Part shown: one piece after another, positions 1-11,145 of the stretch
Layout: the number at the start of each line of letters is the position of its first letter
How positions within the stretch are numbered: position 1 is the first letter of the stretch
Source: Chrysemys picta bellii
Lineage: Eukaryota
Assembly: GCF_011386835.1 (NCBI RefSeq)
Contig: NC_088815.1
Coordinates: 13,516,001 to 13,580,000 of the forward strand
DNA length: 64,000 nucleotides
Direction of reading: 5' to 3'
Made by a program: the position numbers and the translations under genes
The notes under the pieces: generated by a model
Database searches by the model: none
What the model was told of the DNA's origin: nothing
Seen by the model: only the letters and a program-made list of their open reading frames with translations

Positions 1-379
1 AGACGGAGCGCTGGAGTGCCCGGAAGGGATGGACTGGCTGCCCACTCTGGCAGCTCAGCTCTCCAGCCAAATCCGGCCCCACAGCTCCCCTCCGCAGCCA
101 GCCCGTGATACCCGGCTTCCTCCTGAGGCCTCTGCCCAGCATCGGCTGGGCTGATCACCTGCCCTGAGGCCCTGCCCTCCCCCAGTGTCTGTACTTCAAC
201 CTATTCATTCATGTGAAAACTATAACCTGCCTCATTGGCCCCGGGATTTTACCTTGCAGGTGTTACTGTGAGTCCTGCAAGCCCATTTTCCCCCTAGCGA
301 AGATGCACCTATTGTGGTCCAAGCAGGAGTATGTCTAGCCCTGGGGCCCAGGATGTCCCAGCCCCTAGATCCCGGGCTC

Positions 380-825
380 ATGGGACTGCCTACAAGGGCG
401 TGTAGCCAATCAGCGACTGCTAGCAGCAAATATCTCCCACGGTCGGAAACGGGGCACTAGCTGGGGAGGGCTCTGAGTTACTACAGGGAATTCTTTCCCA
501 GGTGTCTGGGACTTGCCCACATGCTCATGGTCTAACTATGTGGGCTTGGGCAGGAATGTCCCCCTGGTCAGATTGGCAGAGACCCTGGGGGCTTTTCACC
601 TTCCTCTGCAGTACGGAGCAGGGGTCACTTGCAGGTTTAAACCAGTGTAAATGGTGGATTCTCTGTAAGTTGAAGTCTTTAACCCGTGATTTGAGGACGT
701 CGGTGACTCAGCCAGAGGTCAGGGGTCTATTACAGCAGTGGGTGGGTGAGGTTCTGGGGCCTGCGAGGTGCAGGAGGTCAGACCAGATGATCACGATGGG
801 CCCTCCTGACCTTACCGTCTGTGAG
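380..825 (+). mobile_element. CR1 LINE 3' UTR fragment (turtle type)
   Basis: Matches the recalled turtle CR1 tail, e.g. gggagggctctgagttactacag...aggaggtcagaccagatgatcacgatgg. Confidence 0.75.
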
Positions 826-1719
826 CCCCTGAAGGGCGACGTCACACAGCCAGAGCCCCATCACTCTGCACCGAGGGATGAGCCAGGATGTAGCCTTCAA
901 AGAGAAATCCCTTCCCTGGCCTGTCTGCCACTTTCCAGCCCCCGCCACGCGCCCAGGAAATCCCGTGCTCCAGCCTCAGGGGCTGGCTGGTCCCCGCAGG
1001 CCCATTAGTGTGTGTGGGCTGGACAGCTCCAGTGATTTACCGTCGGGGACACAGCGTCCTGGTGGATCAGCCCTGATGCTTCTTGACAAGGTGGAATCGC
1101 TTTGCGATGAGGCTCTGGGGGTCCCAGCCCTGGCCCGTTTCATCCATTGATTTTCCACCCTTTGGAGTTAAGCCGCTAAGCGTAGCACCTGGGCCTCGTC
1201 TCCACCTACTTAAGACTCGCTGAGCCAGGCGGGCTGAGTTACGGCCTGTCTCTCAAGCAGCCTTGGCCCCATCCGTCCGGGTTCCTCGCAGAGCTTAGCG
1301 CCGAAATGAAACAGGGGTTTCACCTCCCCTCAACAGGCTCCAGCAGTCGGAGTCCCCGGCTCTTTGCAAGCATCAGTAACTATTGTACAGCCTGGGGAAA
1401 CTGAGGCAGGAACGGTGAGACTGGCAGCGTTAGCTGGCGGCAATGGGATTAGAACCCAGCTGGTCCCGAGCCCCTTGGCTTGCGCTGCACCCCCTGAGCC
1501 AGGCCTACTCACCCTGCTGCCAGGGCTTGCTTCAGCCCCCGGCAGGGCCCGTGCCCAGCGCCGTGCCCGGGGCCCAGCGGCAGGGTGCTCCTGGCACATG
1601 GTCACCGCGCCCCACGGGAAGCCGGATGGAGGGGCGGCGCCCTGGGGCCAGGAGGCTAAAATCCATCACAGGTGGCCTGGTGCTACCAGACAGCCCCGGC
1701 CGCCCCCGCCCCCGGAGGA

Positions 1720-1800
1720 GCCGTTTCCACCAATCCGGCGCCTGAGGAGGTGTCGCTCCGCATTCAAAGTGCCGGCGAGACGCGGTATAAAGCCGAGCGC
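1720..1800 (+). promoter_or_regulatory. CART-like core promoter (CCAAT and TATA, CpG-rich)
   Basis: CCAAT at about 1728 and TATAAAG at 1786-1792, in CpG-dense sequence just upstream of the ATG. Confidence 0.7.
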
Positions 1801-1838
1801 CGGTGGAGCCAAGGGGGTCACGCCGGAGCATCAGGACC

Positions 1839-1961
1839 ATGGCCAGCTCCCGCCTCTGCCGGCTCTGTCTGGGCTACTCGCTGCTCGTCCTGCTGGCCGC
1901 CGGCCAGGAGCCCCTGGGGCCCAGGGCTGCAGACAGCAAAACCCAAGAAGAAAAGGACCTG
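1839..1961 (+). CDS. CARTPT-like: CART-like exon 1 (signal peptide and short pro-segment)
   Basis: ATG at 1839 about 50 nt after the TATA box; hydrophobic core [14 protein letters not shown]; ends EEKDL then donor GTAAGG. Confidence 0.9.
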
Positions 1962-4900
1962 GTAAGGGGGCGAAGGAGCCAAGGGACGGGGGCGGCGTGC
2001 AAGGGGCTGCCCTTCTCCTCAAGGGCGAGGTGGGAGATGGGGCGTGTGGCTCAGGCGCTGAGCTGGGCCTCCGGGGTCGTTTCCCGGCCCTGCCACTGGC
2101 ACCAGGTGCCCTTGGGCAAGTCGCTTAGGCTGAGATTTTTGTCTACGGCCGTGCCCAGCGCCCATTGAAAACCCCTGGCAGCGGGTCCCTTCACCGCCGC
2201 CCCTGGAGGTGTGATTTCCAGCCCACGCAAGTGCTGATCAGGCCAGCCCTGGGGCTAGCTGCCCCGAGCACAACCCTGCCAGGGACTCTAGGTCGATACT
2301 GCTGGTTTTAGCATGCTGGGTCTGTCAGTGCTTGCCTGCGCACCTCTACCCCGGCTGGCAATCACAGCGCCAGCTCAAAGGGTAGATGTACTCTGGTCTC
2401 TTTCCGGCCCCCGTTCAATAGCATGGGCTCAAGTCCTTTGCTGAACCAGGGTAATGCTTGGGTCTGGCAAGGATAAAGTTGATGCTCGGGAGGCACTTGC
2501 ATGCTACTGCGATCGGATCAGATAGCTAGAAAGGGGCTTCCTATGTCCAGGACAAACAGGCTGGCAAGTGTCTAGGGACGTAACAGTGACAACTGGACTC
2601 TCCTCTCTCCCAGACAGAAATCAGTCACGGCTGTTGGTTTGCTAAAGGTTTTTCCGATGAAAACCAGGCACTTTCTTTAAAAAGCGGATTGGTTTTTATT
2701 GCACTGATTTGTAGCCGTTGTTTGGTTAAAACCAACATGAAACAAATAGTAAATATGCCATTATAGTTAGATTAAAACACACACAGCCTCCTGGTACAGA
2801 CGGTAGCATAAAGACAATGAATGGATCCCACTGCTTTAGTGTCACTTTCATTTCTTGACCCTGGATGCAAATGTATTAGAGTGGGTGATTTTTCTGGAGC
2901 TAGTGTTTTAAACTTTTTAACTAGACTTTCAGTGCTCGAGGCGGGCTATTGGCAAAAGAAATATGGCTCAGGGCTCTGAATTTCTGAGCTTTCATGCTGT
3001 TTATTTGGTCTCCGTTTTTAAAGTTTGTCAGCAAATGGCTGTTCTAGTGCATGTAACGCTCCTTTTGTGCCACATTTTATCCAGGGTCTCAATACCAACA
3101 GGCCGTAGAGCTTCAAGGAGTTAAGGTAACAAGAGTTGATAGGGCCAGAAAGATACAAAGATACCTTCTCCCAGCCTGAGAGAGATCTACAGAGATCCCT
3201 GCTGCTCCTGGTAATAGAATGGGAAATAATACTTCAAGAGGCACTTAAATACTGCAGTAATAGGGACCATCAATACTGAGCGAGAGGGAGAGTATTTACT
3301 GTGTTGTCATAGCAGCTGGAATCCTGAACTCAGGTCAGGGCGCATTGTGCCAGGCGCTGCACAGATGCGCAGTGAGAACAGTCCTTGCTTTAAAGAGTTC
3401 CTGGTCTAAGCAGCCAAGGCCGAGAACAGGGAGGTGAAAACAAGAGGCATCACCCCCCTTTTACAAAGGCAGGCCCAGCTTTGGAAAGGTGCAGACAGGG
3501 ACACGTGGGATTTTCAAAATCACCTATAGCTGCATCCTCCGTCTGGGCCTTGCCACGCCGCTTGCCCAAGGTTGCAGATACATGAGCTGCCCAGCAGGTG
3601 TTTAAGGGGTAGCAGAGGGTGGCAGATGGAACTGAGCGAGCGAACACCCTCTCTCCGTAACAGACCCCAGCACCCAGTCCGATTACACGCCCTCCAGCGT
3701 CCTCCTTCGCGGAGTGATGGCTAAAATCCTAAGCAACAGGAAAACACCAGTGCAGCTGCAGAATAAACATGCCTCCCTGCTGGGACGGGGGGTTTGAGGC
3801 TAAAGCACCAGGAGAACGCAGGAAGCACCAGTCCTGGTTTGTTGGTGCCACTGGCTGCTCCAGTCACCCAAACGACCCCCTAGAGATACTGATTCAGGGG
3901 CTTTGAAAGTCAAGTGGTTGGGCTTGTGGCTAAGGCGCAGGGCTGGCACTTTGGGGTCAGTTCCTTGGGGGAGTCACTGAATCGCTCGGAGTGCAATAAT
4001 TCTGCCTTGCAGTGTGTATACTCTTTGGGGCGGGGACCATCTCTCGCTCAGGGTACAGCTATACTGCCAGTAAAATGTGATTACAGCGCAGGGCGGCACA
4101 CCCGGACTAGCCTTGATCCAGCTAGCATGGGTCACAACAGGAGGGTAGCCGGGGCAGCTAGACTACAGACCCAGGCTCGCTGGTGGGCTTGTACTCTGGT
4201 TCCCAGCCCATGCCGCCATGTCCACACTCCCGCTGTTACCAGCATGAGCTAGATTTAAGCTGGCGCAGATAGGCCAAGCCGTGCTGTCCGGACAGATGTT
4301 CCCTGCGTGTCTGGGCAGCCCCAGGCGGGGTGAAGCTTTCCAGCCCACTTCAGTCACCTAAGACCCACTGACAATTCTTAGCACCCTAGCTCCATCGCTC
4401 AGGGTCGTGAGAAATTCACACCCAAGAGGACCTTCCCCCACCTCGACACTGCTAGGGGGGTGGGCGAATTCTTCCATCGACCAGGCTACTGCGGCTCGGG
4501 CAGGTGGAAGGGAAACCCTGCAGTGCTGGCAGGAGATGAGGACCCTGGCGCCCGCCCCACTCGCTCTCTCTCGCCCGCAGATTGACGCTCTCCAAGAGGT
4601 GCTGGAGAAACTGAAGACGGAGCGGCTGCCCTCCATAGAGAAGAAGCTGGGCTCAGTGGCCTCGGTAAGGAGCCTTTATTTCGGGCCCTCGCAGCTCGCT
4701 CCGCCCATGTCTGGCTCAGGGCTGAGGCTTTAACGAAGCCCTGGGGGTAAACGTGACCTGGCCGCTTTGCCCTGGGGAGGTGGTGAGTAAATCTCCCTGC
4801 AGCTGCGAGTGCCACCTCGGCACAGCCCCTGCCAGATTGCTGCGCCCAGCTCCCACGCGGGAGCCTGAATGAAGACGCCAAATCTTCTGTAGTGCCCAAC

Positions 4901-5667
4901 CCCCAGCAGCCCCTATGGCGAGCAATGGAGACATCCCGTGTGCCCCTGCCAGTGAGAGAAGGGGGGGGGGCTCCCCTAGCCCTGCGTCCCCCCGCCAGTA
5001 TGAGCAATGGGGGCTCTCCCAGCCCCCATGTTTGCCTCCTTGAATGATACGATGAACCCCCCCATTCTGCCCTGCCAGCGGTTACGCAGGCAGGTCTCCC
5101 AAGCTCTGGAAGCAGGCCAGCCATCTCCCAGCTCTCTGCAAACACAGTCCACCGTCCAGAAGGCCCCCCCATTCTTAAAGGGACAACACCCAGTAACCAA
5201 AATGCAAACAATGCAACATCCAACGTGGCTCCTGAGACAAGGTTTTGCCATATAAACTCCCTGTTTGGCCGCCGTAGATTTGTAGTTTCTCAGGCCAGCA
5301 GGGGCCATGGTGATCCTCTAGTCTCACAGATCCGGTTACTCCAAGGGCCTGACACGACAGTCGCAGCTGCGGTGTTGCTGGGAGTTGAGCGTGAGCTCTC
5401 GGGGGTGGCAGCCGTGTCCCATGCATATTTGCAGCTCTCTATAAGCCCTGAGAGAACGGATCAGTGCCTGGGAATGAGCTGTGGGCCAGGCGGGCGGCAG
5501 CTTTGAGCCAGGGGCATCCGCCCGGCTGTTCCAACCCGCGTGGCCCTTCTCTCCCCTAGTGCGATGCCGGAGAGCCGTGTGCCGTGAGGAAAGGAGCCCG
5601 GATCGGGAGACTCTGCAGCTGCCCCCGCGGGACGGCCTGCAACTTCTACATCCTCAAGTGCTTGTGA
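1839..5667 (+). CDS. CARTPT-like: CART (cocaine- and amphetamine-regulated transcript) prepropeptide paralogue; join(1839..1961,4581..4664,5560..5667), 104 aa
   Basis: Three phase-0 GT-AG exons give [41 protein letters not shown] / [28 protein letters not shown] / [35 protein letters not shown]. It has a signal peptide, an 84-nt middle exon and the 6-Cys CART domain. The family is certain; orthology to CARTPT itself is doubtful. Confidence 0.95.
4090..4270. mobile_element. Degenerate palindromic MITE (Harbinger-like turtle family)
   Basis: Internal inverted arms ctagccttgatccagctagcatg and agcatgagctagatttaagctgg; related to the copy at 19861-20095. Confidence 0.5.
4581..4664 (+). CDS. CARTPT-like: CART-like exon 2
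   Basis: Acceptor ctctctctcgcccgcAG; [28 protein letters not shown]; donor GTAAGG. Confidence 0.95.
5560..5667 (+). CDS. CARTPT-like: CART-like exon 3 (six-cysteine CART domain)
   Basis: Acceptor cccttctctcccctAG; [35 protein letters not shown], then TGA at 5665-5667. Confidence 0.97.
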   Translation, partial: CDAGEPCAVRKGARIGRLCSCPRGTACNFYILKCL

Positions 5668-6779
5668 GGAGGACAGGACAGGGCGGGGGGACGGGGGCCT
5701 GTGGAGCAGCTTCTGGTCCTAATCTCTCCACCTTGCCTGTTTGGCAGCTGGCAGGAGGTGGGGTTGGTTTTTCTCCTGTGCTCATCACTTCCCCCACGGC
5801 CCTGAAGGCTCCCTCCCCATCCGAGTGCCTGCGATGGAAGGAGCTCTTTGTGCAAAGTGCGCCATTGCTTTGCTCCCATGCTGCCCTGAGGGATGCTAGG
5901 AGAAGCCAGCCTGGCCTGCTTTTCCACGGTGCCAAGCCGCTGATCTCAGTGGGGCCAGCAGCTCTGAGAATCAGCTCCCATGTCCCTTCTCCCCGCTTTC
6001 CCTGCCTGGAGATCTGGGGACAACGGTTCTCTGCTCAGTGCAGAGGGAGAGGCTGCTGGCTGCAGCCTCTCGTGTCTCTGCTTGGTCCCTGGCTGTGGGT
6101 AGAGTAGCCTGGGGGTTGCTCTAACATGGCCCCGAGGTACCAGCTGCCAGCACGCTGCTCTCTAGCCCCATCTCACCCTGCCGTGGCTCCTGCACAAGAG
6201 GCCATGAGGAGGCTAGCATAGGAGCCAGCCACAGAGACTTCAGTGCCTCCTGGGAATCTCTCATGCCAGGGGAAGGGAAGCAGGTGGACGAGCTTTGCTC
6301 CCAGGGGCTGGCAGCTGAGGCCTGGTCTCCGAGTTCTCGGTTATCTGAGCACCAGGGGCATCCCTGCAGTGCCAGTAGGGGTGGCTTTGGATTATCTCTC
6401 CCGGGGAGGAAGGAGCAGCAGGAAGAGGGGACCTGAGCAAACTATGCCACATGCAAACACCGGAGATGAGCAGAACATCCCCCCAGCCAATCATTCTCCC
6501 TGCTCCCTAGCGCCAGTTCCCTGGCTGCTGCATGGAACCTGCTTCCCCTGACACTGGGCAAAGAGCCAGGCTGTGCAGAATGGCAGGGGAGGGGAGGGGA
6601 GGGGAGGGGAGGGAGTGCTGGAGGCAATAGGTACTGAGAGGAAGGCTAGCCTGGGGGGTTAAGGCACAGGGCTGGGATCCAGGTTCAAGCCCCTGTTCTG
6701 CTATGGACTCCTGGTGTGACCGGGGCAACCTCACGGGCCGCTAACATGGATAATAATGCTTCCTTGGCCCATCGTGTCT

Positions 6780-6885
6780 GTTTAGACTGTGAGCTCCCCG
6801 GGGCAGGGACCATCTCTGACTCTGTGTTTGTGCAGCACCCGGACAACAGGGCCCCCATCGCAGCTGGGACCTCTGGGCATAGAGA
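6780..6885 (+). mobile_element. L2 LINE 3' tail fragment
   Basis: ttagactgtgagctccccggggcagggacc...tgtgtttgtgcagcacc resembles the L2 tail; reverse-strand relatives at about 3340-3400, 21850-21910 and 53810-53905. Confidence 0.6.
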
Positions 6886-9800
6886 ATCAGACTTGGTTCC
6901 AGATAATCTTCTAGCATTCCCCACAGACAGCAGTCCCCGTGGGGGGGGGATTTTCTCTTGTTTCCAGATCGTATCGGCTTTAGCCCATCCCTGCAATTCA
7001 AACGGTCACCGGGAAATAACCAGAGACCAAGGCAGACCACAGCAGCAGCCTGCACCCACGGAGATACAGGGGGTGTTTGCACGGTCTGTGCTCTCAGCTG
7101 GTAGCAGCAGCAAAGAAACCTGCCCCCCGAGATACAGCATGAAGTGTGCACATTGACCACCCCTTGCAGTGAGCATCAGAGCTCCCCGTGCTGGAGCAGG
7201 AGGGCAGCTCGAGCTGCTGGTGCAACAGGAAAATGGTCACATTGAAGGCCCTGATTCTCCAGGTGTTTATTAGCTCCGGTGCCAGATGGGTACGAGAAAT
7301 GTTCCCGAAGCAGCCTGGTAAAACAGCTGCTGTGCACTTTGCCTAGTTGTGCAAATGGCTGAACAAGGGGCAGGCCCAGGGAGGAGCAGCCCCCGGTGGG
7401 CAGGGAGCGTAAAGGAGATGGGAAAAAAATAGTGACATGGGCCCTTGTAGGGGTCGGTTTCTTTCAAAAGCTGCATCTGCCCTGAAATCCCACCCCTGTC
7501 CCGATTCATTTCCCAGAACACATTCAGCCTGTGGTGAGCCCACACAGTCATGGACGAGGGTGCTAACGCCAGGCCCCTATTAAATGATTTGTACTCAACC
7601 CTGTGGCTCACGCCTGCTCTTTTCAGCGATGCGCCGTTTCCACTTCCCTGCCTGCCAGCATCCCAGGGGACCCTCATCCTGCTCTGAAGGTTTCCCAGAA
7701 CTCCCAGGCCTGCTCAATGCAGAGTTTGTCCCTGTGAAACAGCATCAGTTTGGGAAAACCGACAGTTCTAGCAGAGACCAGGTGGGGCCAACGCAGCATA
7801 CAACATACAGGACCAGCCCCACTTCCACCCTGGGGGGTTGGACTGGTGGCTACCAAGCAGGACAGCGTGTATTTAGACCAGCCCCAGGGGTGCCTCTTTG
7901 CATCAGCGCTGGAGGCACCGTGAGGAGCTTTGCAGAGGTGTGGGCCCACGGTACCTAAATGCCCCTTGAAAGCATCTGTTGAGTTCTTCCTGGGTCAGCT
8001 GGTGTTTACGGCAGCACCTACGGGGACTGCTCAGGACCAGGGCAAACCCAGCCCATGGAGAGGTTCCAAGTGACCCCCGCAGGATGGGGAGGGTCTAGCC
8101 CCATCAGTACATGACTGTGTCCCCAGTCAGACTGGCCACACGCTGGGAAACACAGTTAGAGAAACAAGGAGCTTGTCAGAGCCTTGCCTGGGAGGAGAGT
8201 GTGGGTAACAAACGGTGCAGGTGCAACCTGCCCCTCCCAGCTCCCCCCCTCCGGCAGGGCTCACTTCCCTCCACAGAGCCAGCCCCTGACTTGCTACACA
8301 GCCTAGCCCTGGTCCAACGGCCCCTTCCATTGAATGCCCCCACCCAGGCAATTAGCAGATCAGTGAGTCACCTGAGACACACACCAGGCTCCCACCCAGT
8401 AACCACACGCTCAGCAGAGGTGTGGTGAAGCTGGAAGGGTGATAGCCGGCCCTCCCTGCTGGCGTCACTGCAGCCAGGCTCCCGGCCAAGGCCATCACTG
8501 CGTGGAGAGGCTGCTTCCCGCCTGGCCAGGGCGAGTGGCCCCTAGCTCAGAGCTGCCACCAGCCCAGGTGGCTTTGGCTGAGTGCAGGCCCTGGCAGTAT
8601 ATGAGCAGCACCCCCAAGGAGCCGGCACAGACCCGCTCTGCTCAGGGGCTAGGCACCAGCTGGCCTGAGCAGGAAATGCTAATGATCCTCTCCCCCCAGG
8701 CACTCTGCAACTTGTTAGAGATCCCTGCCCTCACCAGCTCCATTCCCTCCATAATGGAATAGACCCTGCAAATACCAGATGCACATGGTCAGTGCACTGC
8801 TCCAGCTCTAGAATATTAGAGGGGGAGAGAACTTCCCTTCTCCCGAGGCCACAGCCTCACGTCTGAGCCCAGAATCAAGGTCAGCAAAGGGAATTCAAAC
8901 GCTCCTGCAGCAGTGTCACCCCAGGCTTCAGTCTTCTCTGGGAGCAGCCACTTCTGGCCACGTTCTCCTCCCTCTGCAGCCCAGGCCCTGCTGTCTGTCA
9001 TGCCACCAGAGGACCCAGCACACCCCACAGCTGACCTAATGCACCCAGGGGGAAGAAACTGAAACCCGCTGTTTTGCCATGCAGGCCAGTTGCTGCAATT
9101 CTCTGTCACATGCCAGAGAGCAGCTGGGTGCGTTAGCCAGGCCAGGAGGCAGAGTCCCACCACAGGCCTGCTGGAAACCCCACAGCCTGAGGGAAGGGGC
9201 TGGGCTGAGAGACTAGGTCACACTGGTCCTAAGAGTCTCACGAGGCAGAGCAGCTGGAGCCCTTTCCCCACCAGCATGTGGCCCTTGGAGTGGACAGACC
9301 CCTGCCCAGCCAGTGCTTTGGTTCCCCCAGTAACAGCGTTACCAGTGAGCCTCTGCTGCCCTCACCCATGTTAATTAGCACCTGTAAGGCTCAACCTGCC
9401 CCAGGTAGCAGGTGTGCCAGAGAAGCCACCACTTACCTGCCCCTTAGCTTGCAGGGAGGGGCAGCAGAGGCCAGTCTGGCCCTGCCCCACCTGTTTATTC
9501 CAGGCCAAGTGGGATATTTACCCTAGGCCAGGTCACTTGAGCAACTTCACTCTGACTGACAAGCCTGGGCCTGGAGTAACTAAGGGGAATGGCTTCCCCC
9601 TTTGAAAGGAGGATACAAGAGACACTCCCCACTTGAGCTACAGAACAGGGTGTAGCCTTGAACCAGCCCAAAGAGACTCCCTCTTGGGGACCTGGTCCCC
9701 CTCCTCTCAGCACCCAGCAGCAGAGTGCCTGGGTGCCCTTGCTGAAGGAGGAACTGTGGGAGTTGCTTGGTGCCATGGTGGATGATGGGTTACAGCGGAA

Positions 9801-10982
9801 GGTCTGGCTAGAGCCTTGGCTACAGTTATTTTACTCACGGTGCCCACACCTAGCTGAGGTACTGCCCTGCTCCACGGGGAGCCCACCACAGCTGGAGGAT
9901 CAGGCCTGCCTGATCCGCCACCTTCCCTGCAGCTACTCACAGGCAGTTCGATGACCAACTTCTCCCTTCCCAGACTGGGCCAGTGTTTGGATCCCTTCTC
10001 ACGGGACAGGCAAGGCCCCAGCTGTCACCAGGAGCTTAGAGGTAAGTGGTACTAGAGTTCACCTCACTGTAGTGGCTCAAGGTGGAGTTTACACCATGGA
10101 CAGCCTCTTTCTACAGTGGAGTCCAACCTCCCCCCCCCCCCCCCCCCCCCCCCCCCGGACTGGGCCCCAGAATAAGCCTATAGGTGAGTCTAGAGCACAC
10201 ATCCCATCCACCCCAGAGACAGCCAGAGTCCACTTGTTCCAACAGTGGAAATCACAACAGCAGAATGTGGCTCACAGAGCTGTAAGACCAGCCCCATAAC
10301 AGAGCCCCTGTACCAGAGCCAGGCCTGCTGTGCCTTAGAGCTCATGTGTTCCTGCCAGCAGGAAGAGCGAGATATCAGGGTTGGCCAGTGACTCAGCCAG
10401 TGCAGAAGCCCCTGTTTGTCTTTCTGTAGGCGGAGGGTTTAATTTCCGCCAGAGAGCCCTGTCCATTAACCTTCCCCATGTAGCAGCTGATGAGTGTGTT
10501 CAACTGAGGGAGGACCCGCTGGGAGGGCACCAGGCCAAGGCTACTGAGCAAGTTTCAGACACCAGCTTGCAGGAATCAGGGTCTGTCTGCTGCCCCCCCG
10601 TGCCCCTCCCCCATTCATACAGGGGCCTGAGCCCAGGGTATGGGAGATTCAGCAGAGCTCTGGAACCAGCTGCCTTGGCAAGACAAGACTTTGATGAGAG
10701 GCCCACCCTGCTCTCCCTATGGGTCTTTGCCTTCTAGGTGCAGGGTCTTTGCCTCCTTTAAGCACTAGCTGCTGCCAGCCCTGCAGGTCCCCCTCCGCAC
10801 CACTCCCCTAGTCAGCAAGGCCATTAGCCTTGAGCTGCCTCTTGGTGCAATGAGCCAGGCCTGCCTGGTGCTATGGGTCCCCAGTGCCAGGATTCCTTGC
10901 TTCTCCCCTGCCCCAGACCCACACTGCCGAGCAGGCTTCCCCACACACCAGTAAGGACAGGAGGCATCAGTCACTTGATCTG

Positions 10983-10988
10983 TTTATT
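10983..10988 (-). terminator. ZP4-like polyadenylation signal
   Basis: AATAAA on the minus strand (plus strand TTTATT) 2 nt after the stop codon, implying a very short 3'UTR as is usual for ZP mRNAs. Confidence 0.7.
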
Positions 10989-10990
10989 CC

Positions 10991-11145
10991 TTAAGCACGT
11001 GTGGTCCCATTGGCACGTCCTCGCCTGCCCCAGAGCTTCCTCAGGCCCAGAGCCACCAGGACAGCAACTGCAACAGCGGCAACAGCCCCCGCCAGTGGCA
11101 CCAGCACCTCTCCCCACTCCACCGGGGGCCTGAGTCCATGGGAAC
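10991..11145 (-). CDS. ZP4: ZP4-like exon 12 (TM helix and tail)
   Basis: [51 protein letters not shown], then TAA. Confidence 0.88.

Noticed and set aside
836-845. CRE-like GACGTCA as a CART regulatory element
   Set aside because: Imperfect, about 950 bp from the TATA box and beside a CR1 fragment; no full TGACGTCA was seen in the proximal promoter.
1364-2128. 254-aa ORF over the CART promoter, and similar long ORFs at 25423-26208, 37290-38201, 44235-45092, 55233-56012 and 56386-57312
   Set aside because: Stop-poor because of high GC, CpG islands or repeats. None resembles a known protein apart from the part of 25423-26208 that is MAP1S exon 1.
10130-10156. 27-nt poly-C run and other C/G homopolymers and CA/TG microsatellites
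   Set aside because: Common simple repeats whose length is unreliable in assemblies; no evidence of function.
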